A DNA stretch of 64,000 nt from assembly GCF_009914755.1 (NCBI RefSeq), contig NC_060939.1; one strand, 5' to 3'. A program made the position numbers and the translations under genes. The notes under the pieces were generated by a model. The model did no database searches and was not told the DNA's origin. It saw nothing but the letters and a program-made list of their open reading frames with translations. Shown one piece after another: positions 11,496 through 26,600 of this stretch. How positions within the stretch are numbered: position 1 is the stretch's first letter; each line of letters opens with the position of its first letter. Source of the stretch: the human T2T-CHM13v2.0 reference genome, Homo sapiens.

Positions 11496-13372
11496 ATGTT
11501 TCCAAAATGCTGTATCCAAACAAAGGTTCAACTCTGTGAATTGAGGGCATACATCACAAAGAAGATTCTGAGAATGCTTCTGTCTAGATTTTATATGAAA
11601 ATATTCCCGTTTCCAACGAAATCCTCAAAGCTATCCAAATATCCACTTGCAAATGCCACAAAAAGAGTGTTTCCAAACTGCTCTGTGAAAAGGAAGGTTC
11701 AACTCTGTTAGTTGAGTACACACATCACAAAGAGGTTTCTGAGAATGCTGCTGACTAGTTTTTATTTGAAGATATTTCCCTTTTCACCTTAGGCCTAAGA
11801 GTGCTCGAAATGTCCATTTCCACATACTCCACAAAGTGTGTTTCAAACGTGCTGTATGAAAGGGAATGTTCAACTCTATCAGTTGAATGCAAACATCACA
11901 AAGAAGACTCTGAGAATGCTTTTGTCTAGATTTTATATGAAGATATTCCCGTGTCCAACGAAATTTTCAAAGGTCTCCAAATATCCATTTGTAGATTCTA
12001 CAAAAAGAGTGTTTCCAAACTGCTGTATCAAAACAAAGGTTGAACTCTGTGAGTTGAGGACACACATCACAAATAAGTTTCTGAGAATGCTTCTGTCTAG
12101 TTTTTATTTGAAGATGTTTCCTTTTTCACCATAGGCCTGAAAGCGCTCGAAATGTCCACTTCCAGATAGTACAGAAAGAGTGTTTCAAACCTGCTCTATG
12201 AACGGGAATGTTCAGCTCTGTGAGTTGAATGCAAACATCACAAAGCAGGTTCTGAGAATGCTTCCGTCTAGATTTTAAATGAGGATATTCCCGTTTCCAA
12301 CGAAATCCTCGAAGCTATCCAAATATCCACTTGCAGATTCCACAAAAAGAGTGTTTCAAAACTGCTCTGTCAAAAGATAGGTTCAACTCTGTTAGTTGAG
12401 TACACACATGGCAAACAAGATTCCGAGAATGCTTTCGTCTAGTTTTTTTGGGAAGATATTTCCTTCTTCACCATAGGCCTCAAAGCGCTCCAAATATCCA
12501 TTTCCACATGCTATACAAAGAGTGTCTCAAACCTGCTGTATGAATGGGAATGTTCAACTCTATGAGTTGAATGCAAACATCACAAAGAAGTTTCTGAGAA
12601 TGCTGCTGTCTAGATTTTATATGAAGGTTTTCCCGCTTCCAACGAAATTTTCAATGCTCTCAAAATATCCTCTTGTAGATTCTACAAAAAGAGTGTTTCC
12701 AAACTGCTGTATCAAAACAAAGGTTCATCTCTGTTAGTTGAGGACACACATCACAAATAAGTTTCTGAGAATGCTTCTGTCTAGTTCTTATTTGAAGACA
12801 TTTCCTTTCTCACCTTAGGCCTGAAAGCGCTCGAAATACCCACTTCCAGATACTACAGAAACAGTGATTCAAACCTGCTCTATGAAAGGGAATGTTCAAC
12901 TATGTGACTTGAATGCAAACATCACAAAGCAGTTTCTGAGAATGCTGCTGTCTACTTTCTATTTGTAATCCCGTTTCCAACGAAATCCTCAGAACTATCG
13001 AAATTTCCAATTGCAGATTCCACAGAAACAGGGTTTCAAAGCTGCTCTGTAAAAAGAAAGGTTCAACTCTGTTAGTTGAATACACACGTCACAAACAAGT
13101 TTCTGAGAATGCTTCTGTCTAGTTTTTATGGGAAGATATTTCCTTTTTCACGGTAGGCCTCAAAGCGCTCCAAATGTCCACTTCCACATACTACAAAAAG
13201 AGTGTTTCAAACCTGCTCTATGATAGGGAATGTTGAAACCTATGAGTTGAATGCAAGCATTACAAAGAGGTTTCTGAGAATGCTTCTGTCTAGATTTTAT
13301 ATGTAGATATTCCCGTTTCCAACGAAATCCTCAAAGCTATCCAAATATCAACTTGCAGATTCTACAAAAGGA
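11496..13372 (-). repeat. Representative 1877-bp 11-mer HOR, 'S-type' (carries only the first 4-mer block). Also at 17127, 36677, 42308
   Basis: Same length as the F-type, but has catgctatacaaagagtgtctc, tcccgcttcc, atcctcttg, ggttcatctc and aatacccac, plus cacggtagg at the end of the block. Confidence 0.93.
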
Positions 13373-16300
13373 ATGTTTCCAAAATGCTGTATCCAAACAA
13401 AGGTTCAACTCTGTGAATTGAGGGCATACATCACAAAGAAGATTCTGAGAATGCTTCTGTCTAGATTTTATATGAAAATATTCCCGTTTCCAACGAAATC
13501 CTCAAAGCTATCCAAATATCCACTTGCAAATGCCACAAAAAGAGTGTTTCCAAACTGCTCTGTGAAAAGGAAGGTTCAACTCTGTTAGTTGAGTACACAC
13601 ATCACAAAGAGGTTTCTGAGAATGCTGCTGACTAGTTTTTATTTGAAGATATTTCCCTTTTCACCTTAGGCCTAAGAGTGCTCGAAATGTCCATTTCCAC
13701 ATACTCCACAAAGTGTGTTTCAAACGTGCTGTATGAAAGGGAATGTTCAACTCTATGAGTTGAATGCAAACATCACAAAGAAGATTCTGAGAATGCTTTT
13801 GTCTAGATTTTATATGAAGATATTCCCGTGTCCAACGAAATTTTCAAAGGTCTCCAAATATCCATTTGTAGATTCTACAAAAAGAGTGTTTCCAAACTGC
13901 TGTATCAAAACAAAGGTTGAACTCTGTGAGTTGAGGACACACATCACAAATAAGTTTCTGAGAATGCTTCTGTCTAGTTTTTATTTGAAGATGTTTCCTT
14001 TTTCACCATAGGCCTGAAAGCGCTCGAAATGTCCACTTCCAGATAGTACAGAAAGAGTGTTTCAAACCTGCTCTATGAACGGGAATGTTCAGCTCTGTGA
14101 GTTGAATGCAAACATCACAAAGCAGGTTCTGAGAATGCTTCCGTCTAGATTTTAAATGAGGATATTCCCGTTTCCAACGAAATCCTCGAAGCTATCCAAA
14201 TATCCACTTGCAGATTCCACAAAAAGAGTGTTTCAAAACTGCTCTGTCAAAAGATAGGTTCAACTCTGTTAGTTGAGTACACACATGGCAAACAAGATTC
14301 CGAGAATGCTTTCGCCTAGTTTTTTTGGGAAGATATTTCCTTTTTCACCGTAGGCCTCAAAGCGCTCCAAATGTCCACTTCCACATACTACAAAAAGAGT
14401 GTTTCAAACCTGCTGTATGAAAGGGAATGTTCAACTCTATGAGTTGAATGCAAACATTACAAAGAAGTTTCTGAGAATGCTTCTGTCTAGATTTTATATG
14501 AAGGTTTTCCCGTTTCCAACGAAATTTTCAATGCTCTCAAAATATCCACTTGTAGATTCTACAAAAAGAGTGTTTCCAAACTGCTGTGTCAAAAGAAAGG
14601 TTCAACTCTGTTAGTTGAGGACACACATCACAAATAAGTTTCTGAGAATGCTTCTGTCTAGTTCTTATTTGAAGACATTTCCTTTCTCACCTTAGGCCTG
14701 AAAACGCTCGAAATATCCACTTCCAGATACGACAGAAACAGTGATTCAAACCTGCTCTATGAAAGGGAATGTTCAACTAGGTGACTTGAATGCAAACATC
14801 ACAAAGCAGTTTCTGAGAATGCTGCTGTCTACTTTCTATTTGTAATCCCGTTTCCAACGAAATCCTCAGAACTATCGAAATTTCCAATTGCAGATTCCAC
14901 AAAAAGCGTGTTTCAAAGCTGCTCTGTAAAAAGAAAGGTTCAACTCTGTTAGTTGAATACGCACGTCACAAACAAGTTTCTGAGAATGCTTCTGTCTAGT
15001 TTTTATGGGAAGATATTTCCTTTTTCACCGTAGGCCTCAAAGCGCTCCAAATGTCCACTTCCACATACTACAAAAAGAGTGTTTCAAACCTGCTCTATGA
15101 TAGGGAATGTTGAAACCTATGAGTTGAATGCAAGCATTACAAAGAGGTTTCTGAGAATGCTTCTGTCTAGATTTTATATGTAGATATTCCCGTTTCCAAC
15201 GAAATCCTCAAAGCTATCCAAATATCAACTTGCAGATTCTACAAAAGGAATGTTTCCAAAATGCTGTATCCAAACAAAGGTTCAACTCTGTGAATTGAGG
15301 GCATACATCACAAAGAAGATTCTGAGAATGCTTCTGTCTAGATTTTATATGAAAATATTCCCGTTTCCAACGAAATCCTCAAAGCTATCCAAATATCCAC
15401 TTGCAAATGCCACAAAAAGAGTGTTTCCAAACTGCTCTGTGAAAAGGAAGGTTCAACTCTGTTAGTTGAGTACACACATCACAAAGAGGTTTCTGAGAAT
15501 GCTGCTGACTAGTTTTTATTTGAAGATATTTCCCTTTTCACCTTAGGCCTAAGAGTGCTCGAAATGTCCATTTCCACATACTCCACAAAGTGTGTTTCAA
15601 ACGTGCTGTATGAAAGGGAATGTTCAACTCTATCAGTTGAATGCAAACATCACAAAGAAGATTCTGAGAATGCTTTTGTCTAGATTTTATATGAAGATAT
15701 TCCCGTGTCCAACGAAATTTTCAAAGGTCTCCAAATATCCATTTGTAGATTCTACAAAAAGAGTGTTTCCAAACTGCTGTATCAAAACAAAGGTTGAACT
15801 CTGTGAGTTGAGGACACACATCACAAATAAGTTTCTGAGAATGCTTCTGTCTAGTTTTTATTTGAAGATGTTTCCTTTTTCACCATAGGCCTGAAAGCGC
15901 TCGAAATGTCCACTTCCAGATAGTACAGAAAGAGTGTTTCAAACCTGCTCTATGAACGGGAATGTTCAGCTCTGTGAGTTGAATGCAAACATCACAAAGC
16001 AGGTTCTGAGAATGCTTCCGTCTAGATTTTAAATGAGGATATTCCCGTTTCCAACGAAATCCTCGAAGCTATCCAAATATCCACTTGCAGATTCCACAAA
16101 AAGAGTGTTTCAAAACTGCTCTGTCAAAAGATAGGTTCAACTCTGTTAGTTGAGTACACACATGGCAAACAAGATTCCGAGAATGCTTTCGTCTAGTTTT
16201 TTTGGGAAGATATTTCCTTTTTCACCGTAGGCCTCAAAGCGCTCCAAATGTCCACTTCCACATACTACAAAAAGAGTGTTTCAAACCTGCTGTATGAAAG

Positions 16301-17649
16301 GGAATGTTCAACTCTATGAGTTGAATGCAAACATTACAAAGAAGTTTCTGAGAATGCTTCTGTCTAGATTTTATATGAAGGTTTTCCCGTTTCCAACGAA
16401 ATTTTCAATGCTCTCAAAATATCCACTTGTAGATTCTACAAAAAGAGTGTTTCCAAACTGCTGTGTGAAAAGAAAGGTTCAACTCTGTTAGTTGAGGACA
16501 CACATCACAAATAAGTTTCTGAGAATGCTTCTGTCTAGTTCTTATTTGAAGACATTTCCTTTCTCACCTTAGGCCTGAAAACGCTCGAAATATCCACTTC
16601 CAGATACGACAGAAACAGTGATTCAAACCTGCTCTATGAAAGGGAATGTTCAACTAGGTGACTTGAATGCAAACATCACAAAGCAGTTTCTGAGAATGCT
16701 GCTGTCTACTTTCTATTTGTAATCCCGTTTCCAACGAAATCCTCAGAACTATCGAAATTTCCAATTGCAGATTCCACAAAAAGCGTGTTTCAAAGCTGCT
16801 CTGTAAAAAGAAAGGTTCAACTCTGTTAGTTGAATACGCACGTCACAAACAAGTTTCTGAGAATGCTTCTGTCTAGTTTTTATGGGAAGATATTTCCTTT
16901 TTCACCGTAGGCCTCAAAGCGCTCCAAATGTCCACTTCCACATACTACAAAAAGAGTGTTTCAAACCTGCTCTATGATAGGGAATGTTGAAACCTATGAG
17001 TTGAATGCAAGCATTACAAAGAGGTTTCTGAGAATGCTTCTGTCTAGATTTTATATGTAGATATTCCCGTTTCCAACGAAATCCTCAAAGCTATCCAAAT
17101 ATCAACTTGCAGATTCTACAAAAGGAATGTTTCCAAAATGCTGTATCCAAACAAAGGTTCAACTCTGTGAATTGAGGGCATACATCACAAAGAAGATTCT
17201 GAGAATGCTTCTGTCTAGATTTTATATGAAAATATTCCCGTTTCCAACGAAATCCTCAAAGCTATCCAAATATCCACTTGCAAATGCCACAAAAAGAGTG
17301 TTTCCAAACTGCTCTGTGAAAAGGAAGGTTCAACTCTGTTAGTTGAGTACACACATCACAAAGAGGTTTCTGAGAATGCTGCTGACTAGTTTTTATTTGA
17401 AGATATTTCCCTTTTCACCTTAGGCCTAAGAGTGCTCGAAATGTCCATTTCCACATACTCCACAAAGTGTGTTTCAAACGTGCTGTATGAAAGGGAATGT
17501 TCAACTCTATCAGTTGAATGCAAACATCACAAAGAAGACTCTGAGAATGCTTTTGTCTAGATTTTATATGAAGATATTCCCGTGTCCAACGAAATTTTCA
17601 AAGGTCTCCAAATATCCATTTGTAGATTCTACAAAAAGAGTGTTTCCAA

Positions 17650-20600
17650 ACTGCTGTATCAAAACAAAGGTTGAACTCTGTGAGTTGAGGACACACATCA
17701 CAAATAAGTTTCTGAGAATGCTTCTGTCTAGTTTTTATTTGAAGATGTTTCCTTTTTCACCATAGGCCTGAAAGCGCTCGAAATGTCCACTTCCAGATAG
17801 TACAGAAAGAGTGTTTCAAACCTGCTCTATGAACGGGAATGTTCAGCTCTGTGAGTTGAATGCAAACATCACAAAGCAGGTTCTGAGAATGCTTCCGTCT
17901 AGATTTTAAATGAGGATATTCCCGTTTCCAACGAAATCCTCGAAGCTATCCAAATATCCACTTGCAGATTCCACAAAAAGAGTGTTTCAAAACTGCTCTG
18001 TCAAAAGATAGGTTCAACTCTGTTAGTTGAGTACACACATGGCAAACAAGATTCCGAGAATGCTTTCGTCTAGTTTTTTTGGGAAGATATTTCCTTCTTC
18101 ACCATAGGCCTCAAAGCGCTCCAAATATCCATTTCCACATGCTATACAAAGAGTGTCTCAAACCTGCTGTATGAATGGGAATGTTCAACTCTATGAGTTG
18201 AATGCAAACATCACAAAGAAGTTTCTGAGAATGCTGCTGTCTAGATTTTATATGAAGGTTTTCCCGCTTCCAACGAAATTTTCAATGCTCTCAAAATATC
18301 CTCTTGTAGATTCTACAAAAAGAGTGTTTCCAAACTGCTGTATCAAAACAAAGGTTCATCTCTGTTAGTTGAGGACACACATCACAAATAAGTTTCTGAG
18401 AATGCTTCTGTCTAGTTCTTATTTGAAGACATTTCCTTTCTCACCTTAGGCCTGAAAGCGCTCGAAATACCCACTTCCAGATACTACAGAAACAGTGATT
18501 CAAACCTGCTCTATGAAAGGGAATGTTCAACTATGTGACTTGAATGCAAACATCACAAAGCAGTTTCTGAGAATGCTGCTGTCTACTTTCTATTTGTAAT
18601 CCCGTTTCCAACGAAATCCTCAGAACTATCGAAATTTCCAATTGCAGATTCCACAGAAACAGGGTTTCAAAGCTGCTCTGTAAAAAGAAAGGTTCAACTC
18701 TGTTAGTTGAATACACACGTCACAAACAAGTTTCTGAGAATGCTTCTGTCTAGTTTTTATGGGAAGATATTTCCTTTTTCACGGTAGGCCTCAAAGCGCT
18801 CCAAATGTCCACTTCCACATACTACAAAAAGAGTGTTTCAAACCTGCTCTATGATAGGGAATGTTGAAACCTATGAGTTGAATGCAAGCATTACAAAGAG
18901 GTTTCTGAGAATGCTTCTGTCTAGATTTTATATGTAGATATTCCCGTTTCCAACGAAATCCTCAAAGCTATCCAAATATCAACTTGCAGATTCTACAAAA
19001 GGAATGTTTCCAAAATGCTGTATCCAAACAAAGGTTCAACTCTGTGAATTGAGGGCATACATCACAAAGAAGATTCTGAGAATGCTTCTGTCTAGATTTT
19101 ATATGAAAATATTCCCGTTTCCAACGAAATCCTCAAAGCTATCCAAATATCCACTTGCAAATGCCACAAAAAGAGTGTTTCCAAACTGCTCTGTGAAAAG
19201 GAAGGTTCAACTCTGTTAGTTGAGTACACACATCACAAAGAGGTTTCTGAGAATGCTGCTGACTAGTTTTTATTTGAAGATATTTCCCTTTTCACCTTAG
19301 GCCTAAGAGTGCTCGAAATGTCCATTTCCACATACTCCACAAAGTGTGTTTCAAACGTGCTGTATGAAAGGGAATGTTCAACTCTATGAGTTGAATGCAA
19401 ACATCACAAAGAAGATTCTGAGAATGCTTTTGTCTAGATTTTATATGAAGATATTCCCGTGTCCAACGAAATTTTCAAAGGTCTCCAAATATCCATTTGT
19501 AGATTCTACAAAAAGAGTGTTTCCAAACTGCTGTATCAAAACAAAGGTTGAACTCTGTGAGTTGAGGACACACATCACAAATAAGTTTCTGAGAATGCTT
19601 CTGTCTAGTTTTTATTTGAAGATGTTTCCTTTTTCACCATAGGCCTGAAAGCGCTCGAAATGTCCACTTCCAGATAGTACAGAAAGAGTGTTTCAAACCT
19701 GCTCTATGAACGGGAATGTTCAGCTCTGTGAGTTGAATGCAAACATCACAAAGCAGGTTCTGAGAATGCTTCCGTCTAGATTTTAAATGAGGATATTCCC
19801 GTTTCCAACGAAATCCTCGAAGCTATCCAAATATCCACTTGCAGATTCCACAAAAAGAGTGTTTCAAAACTGCTCTGTCAAAAGATAGGTTCAACTCTGT
19901 TAGTTGAGTACACACATGGCAAACAAGATTCCGAGAATGCTTTCGTCTAGTTTTTTTGGGAAGATATTTCCTTTTTCACCGTAGGCCTCAAAGCGCTCCA
20001 AATGTCCACTTCCACATACTACAAAAAGAGTGTTTCAAACCTGCTGTATGAAAGGGAATGTTCAACTCTATGAGTTGAATGCAAACATTACAAAGAAGTT
20101 TCTGAGAATGCTTCTGTCTAGATTTTATATGAAGGTTTTCCCGTTTCCAACGAAATTTTCAATGCTCTCAAAATATCCACTTGTAGATTCTACAAAAAGA
20201 GTGTTTCCAAACTGCTGTATCAAAACAAAGGTTGAACTCTGTGAGTTGAGGACACACATCACAAATAAGTTTCTGAGAATGCTTCTGTCTAGTTCTTATT
20301 TGAAGACATTTCCTTTCTCACCTTAGGCCTGAAAACGCTCGAAATATCCACTTCCAGATACGACAGAAACAGTGATTCAAACCTGCTCTATGAAAGGGAA
20401 TGTTCAACTAGGTGACTTGAATGCAAACATCACAAAGCAGTTTCTGAGAATGCTGCTGTCTACTTTCTATTTGTAATCCCGTTTCCAACGAAATCCTCAG
20501 AACTATCGAAATTTCCAATTGCAGATTCCACAAAAAGCGTGTTTCAAAGCTGCTCTGTAAAAAGAAAGGTTCAACTCTGTTAGTTGAATACGCACGTCAC

Positions 20601-23600
20601 AAACAAGTTTCTGAGAATGCTTCTGTCTAGTTTTTATGGGAAGATATTTCCTTTTTCACCGTAGGCCTCAAAGCGCTCCAAATGTCCACTTCCACATACT
20701 ACAAAAAGAGTGTTTCAAACCTGCTCTATGATAGGGAATGTTGAAACCTATGAGTTGAATGCAAGCATTACAAAGAGGTTTCTGAGAATGCTTCTGTCTA
20801 GATTTTATATGTAGATATTCCCGTTTCCAACGAAATCCTCAAAGCTATCCAAATATCAACTTGCAGATTCTACAAAAGGAATGTTTCCAAAATGCTGTAT
20901 CCAAACAAAGGTTCAACTCTGTGAATTGAGGGCATACATCACAAAGAAGATTCTGAGAATGCTTCTGTCTAGATTTTATATGAAAATATTCCCGTTTCCA
21001 ACGAAATCCTCAAAGCTATCCAAATATCCACTTGCAAATGCCACAAAAAGAGTGTTTCCAAACTGCTCTGTGAAAAGGAAGGTTCAACTCTGTTAGTTGA
21101 GTACACACATCACAAAGAGGTTTCTGAGAATGCTGCTGACTAGTTTTTATTTGAAGATATTTCCCTTTTCACCTTAGGCCTAAGAGTGCTCGAAATGTCC
21201 ATTTCCACATACTCCACAAAGTGTGTTTCAAACGTGCTGTATGAAAGGGAATGTTCAACTCTATCAGTTGAATGCAAACATCACAAAGAAGACTCTGAGA
21301 ATGCTTTTGTCTAGATTTTATATGAAGATATTCCCGTGTCCAACGAAATTTTCAAAGGTCTCCAAATACCCATTTGTAGATTCTACAAAAAGAGTGTTTC
21401 CAAACTGCTGTATCAAAACAAAGGTTGAACTCTGTGAGTTGAGGACACACATCACAAATAAGTTTCTGAGAATGCTTCTGTCTAGTTTTTATTTGAAGAT
21501 GTTTCCTTTTTCACCATAGGCCTGAAAGCGCTCGAAATGTCCACTTCCAGATAGTACAGAAAGAGTGTTTCAAACCTGCTCTATGAACGGGAATGTTCAG
21601 CTCTGTGAGTTGAATGCAAACATCACAAAGCAGGTTCTGAGAATGCTTCCGTCTAGATTTTAAATGAGGATATTCCCGTTTCCAACGAAATCCTCGAAGC
21701 TATCCAAATATCCACTTGCAGATTCCACAAAAAGAGTGTTTCAAAACTGCTCTGTCAAAAGATAGGTTCAACTCTGTTAGTTGAGTACACACATGGCAAA
21801 CAAGATTCCGAGAATGCTTTCGTCTAGTTTTTTTGGGAAGATATTTCCTTCTTCACCATAGGCCTCAAAGCGCTCCAAATATCCATTTCCACATGCTATA
21901 CAAAGAGTGTCTCAAACCTGCTGTATGAATGGGAATGTTCAACTCTATGAGTTGAATGCAAACATCACAAAGAAGTTTCTGAGAATGCTGCTGTCTAGAT
22001 TTTATATGAAGGTTTTCCCGCTTCCAACGAAATTTTCAATGCTCTCAAAATATCCTCTTGTAGATTCTACAAAAAGAGTGTTTCCAAACTGCTGTATCAA
22101 AACAAAGGTTCATCTCTGTTAGTTGAGGACACACATCACAAATAAGTTTCTGAGAATGCTTCTGTCTAGTTCTTATTTGAAGACATTTCCTTTCTCACCT
22201 TAGGCCTGAAAGCGCTCGAAATACCCACTTCCAGATACTACAGAAACAGTGATTCAAACCTGCTCTATGAAAGGGAATGTTCAACTATGTGACTTGAATG
22301 CAAACATCACAAAGCAGTTTCTGAGAATGCTGCTGTCTACTTTCTATTTGTAATCCCGTTTCCAACGAAATCCTCAGAACTATCGAAATTTCCAAATGCA
22401 GATTCCACAGAAACAGGGTTTCAAAGCTGCTCTGTAAAAAGAAAGGTTCAACTCTGTTAGTTGAATACACACGTCACAAACAAGTTTCTGAGAATGCTTC
22501 TGTCTAGTTTTTATGGGAAGATATTTCCTTTTTCACCGTAGGCCTCAAAGCGCTCCAAATGTCCACTTCCACATACTACAAAAAGAGTGTTTCAAACCTG
22601 CTGTATGAAAGGGAATGTTCAACTCTATGAGTTGAATGCAAACGTTACAAAGAAGTTTCTGAGAATGCTTCTGTCTAGATTTTATATGAAGGTTTTCCCG
22701 TTTCCAACGAAATTTTCAATGCTCTCAAAATATCCACTTGTAGATTCTACAAAAAGAGTGTTTCCAAACTGCTGTGTCAAAAGAAAGGTTCAACTCTGTT
22801 AGTTGAGGACACACATCACAAATAAGTTTCTGAGAATGCTTCTGTCTAGTTCTTATTTGAAGACATTTCCTTTCTCACCTTAGGCCTGAAAACGCTCGAA
22901 ATATCCACTTCCAGATACGACAGAAACAGTGATTCAAACCTGCTCTATGAAAGGGAATGTTCAACTAGGTGACTTGAATGCAAACATCACAAAGCAGTTT
23001 CTGAGAATGCTGCTGTCTACTTTCTATTTGTAATCCCGTTTCCAACGAAATCCTCAGAACTATCGAAATTTCCAATTGCAGATTCCACAAAAAGCGTGTT
23101 TCAAAGCTGCTCTGTAAAAAGAAAGGTTCAACTCTGTTAGTTGAATACACACGTCACAAACAAGTTTCTGAGAATGCTTCTGTCTAGTTTTTATGGGAAG
23201 ATATTTCCTTTTTCACCGTAGGCCTCAAAGCGCTCCAAATGTCCACTTCCACATACTACAAAAAGAGTGTTTCAAACCTGCTCTATGATAGGGAATGTTG
23301 AAACCTATGAGTTGAATGCAAGCATTACAAAGAGGTTTCTGAGAATGCTTCTGTCTAGATTTTATATGTAGATATTCCCGTTTCCAACGAAATCCTCAAA
23401 GCTATCCAAATATCAACTTGCAGATTCTACAAAAGGAATGTTTCCAAAATGCTGTATCCAAACAAAGGTTCAACTCTGTGAATTGAGGACATACATCACA
23501 AAGAAGATTCTGAGAATGCTTCTGTCTAGATTTTATATGAAAATATTCCCGTTTCCAACGAAATCCTCAAAGCTATCCAAATATCCACTTGCAAATGCCA

Positions 23601-26600
23601 CAAAAAGAGTGTTTCCAAACTGCTCTGTGAAAAGGAAGGTTCAACTCTGTTAGTTGAGTACACACATCACAAAGAGGTTTCTGAGAATGCTGCTGACTAG
23701 TTTTTATTTGAAGATATTTCCCTTTTCACCTTAGGCCTAAGAGTGCTCGAAATGTCCATTTCCACATACTCCACAAAGTGTGTTTCAAACGTGCTGTATG
23801 AAAGGGAATGTTCAACTCTATGAGTTGAATGCAAACATCACAAAGAAGATTCTGAGAATGCTTTTGTCTAGATTTTATATGAAGATATTCCCGTGTCCAA
23901 CGAAATTTTCAAAGGTCTCCAAATAAAGATTGTTTCCAAACTGCTGTATCAAAACAAAGGTTGAACTCTGTGAGTTGAGGACACACATCACAAATAAGTT
24001 TCTGAGAATGCTTCTGTCTAGTTTTTATTTGAAGATGTTTCCTTTTTCACCATAGGCCTGAAAGCGCTCGAAATGTCCACTTCCAGATAGTACAGAAAGA
24101 GTGTTTCAAACCTGCTCTATGAACGGGAATGTTCAGCTCTGTGAGTTGAATGCAAACATCACAAAGCAGGTTCTGAGAATGCTTCCGTCTAGATTTTAAA
24201 TGAGGATATTCCCGTTTCCAACGAAATCCTCGAAGCTATCCAAATATCCACTTGCAGATTCCACAAAAAGAGTGTTTCAAAACTGCTCTGTCAAAAGATA
24301 GGTTCAACTCTGTTAGTTGAGTACACACATGGCAAACAAGATTCCGAGAATGCTTTCGTCTAGTTTTTTTGGGAAGATATTTCCTTCTTCACCATAGGCC
24401 TCAAAGCGCTCCAAATATCCATTTCCACATGCTATACAAAGAGTGTCTCAAACCTGCTGTATGAATGGGAATGTTCAACTCTATGAGTTGAATGCAAACA
24501 TCACAAAGAAGTTTCTGAGAATGCTGCTGTCTAGATTTTATATGAAGGTTTTCCCGCTTCCAACGAAATTTTCAATGCTCTCAAAATATCCTCTTGTAGA
24601 TTCTACAAAAAGAGTGTTTCCAAACTGCTGTATCAAAACAAAGGTTCATCTCTGTTAGTTGAGGACACACATCACAAATAAGTTTCTGAGAATGCTTCTG
24701 TCTAGTTCTTATTTGAAGACATTTCCTTTCTCACCTTAGGCCTGAAAGCGCTCGAAATACCCACTTCCAGATACTACAGAAACAGTGATTCAAACCTGCT
24801 CTATGAAAGGGAATGTTCAACTATGTGACTTGAATGCAAACATCACAAAGCAGTTTCTGAGAATGCTGCTGTCTACTTTCTATTTGTAATCCCGTTTCCA
24901 ACGAAATCCTCAGAACTATCGAAATTTCCAATTGCAGATTCCACAGAAACAGGGTTTCAAAGCTGCTCTGTAAAAAGAAAGGTTCAACTCTGTTAGTTGA
25001 ATACACACGTCACAAACAAGTTTCTGAGAATGCTTCTGTCTAGTTTTTATGGGAAGATATTTCCTTTTTCACGGTAGGCCTCAAAGCGCTCCAAATGTCC
25101 ACTTCCACATACTACAAAAAGAGTGTTTCAAACCTGCTCTATGATAGGGAATGTTGAAACCTATGAGTTGAATGCAAGCATTACAAAGAGGTTTCTGAGA
25201 ATGCTTCTGTCTAGATTTTATATGTAGATATTCCCGTTTCCAACGAAATCCTCAAAGCTATCCAAATATCAACTTGCAGATTCTACAAAAGGAATGTTTC
25301 CAAAATGCTGTATCCAAACAAAGGTTCAACTCTGTGAATTGAGGGCATACATCACAAAGAAGATTCTGAGAATGCTTCTGTCTAGATTTTATATGAAAAT
25401 ATTCCCGTTTCCAACGAAATCCTCAAAGCTATCCAAATATCCACTTGCAAATGCCACAAAAAGAGTGTTTCCAAACTGCTCTGTGAAAAGGAAGGTTCAA
25501 CTCTGTTAGTTGAGTACACACATCACAAAGAGGTTTCTGAGAATGCTGCTGACTAGTTTTTATTTGAAGATATTTCCCTTTTCACCTTAGGCCTAAGAGT
25601 GCTCGAAATGTCCATTTCCACATACTCCACAAAGTGTGTTTCAAACGTGCTGTATGAAAGGGAATGTTCAACTCTATGAGTTGAATGCAAACATCACAAA
25701 GAAGATTCTGAGAATGCTTTTGTCTAGATTTTATATGAAGATATTCCCGTGTCCAACGAAATTTTCAAAGGTCTCCAAATATCCATTTGTAGATTCTACA
25801 AAAAGAGTGTTTCCAAACTGCTGTATCAAAACAAAGGTTGAACTCTGTGAGTTGAGGACACACATCACAAATAAGTTTCTGAGAATGCTTCTGTCTAGTT
25901 TTTATTTGAAGATGTTTCCTTTTTCACCATAGGCCTGAAAGCGCTCGAAATGTCCACTTCCAGATAGTACAGAAAGAGTGTTTCAAACCTGCTCTATGAA
26001 CGGGAATGTTCAGCTCTGTGAGTTGAATGCAAACATCACAAAGCAGGTTCTGAGAATGCTTCCGTCTAGATTTTAAATGAGGATATTCCCGTTTCCAACG
26101 AAATCCTCGAAGCTATCCAAATATCCACTTGCAGATTCCACAAAAAGAGTGTTTCAAAACTGCTCTGTCAAAAGATAGGTTCAACTCTGTTAGTTGAGTA
26201 CACACATGGCAAACAAGATTCCGAGAATGCTTTCGTCTAGTTTTTTTGGGAAGATATTTCCTTTTTCACCGTAGGCCTCAAAGCGCTCCAAATGTCCACT
26301 TCCACATACTACAAAAAGAGTGTTTCAAACCTGCTGTATGAAAGGGAATGTTCAACTCTATGAGTTGAATGCAAACATTACAAAGAAGTTTCTGAGAATG
26401 CTTCTGTCTAGATTTTATATGAAGGTTTTCCCGTTTCCAACGAAATTTTCAATGCTCTCAAAATATCCACTTGTAGATTCTACAAAAAGAGTGTTTCCAA
26501 ACTGCTGTATCAAAACAAAGGTTGAACTCTGTGAGTTGAGGACACACATCACAAATAAGTTTCTGAGAATGCTTCTGTCTAGTTCTTATTTGAAGACATT

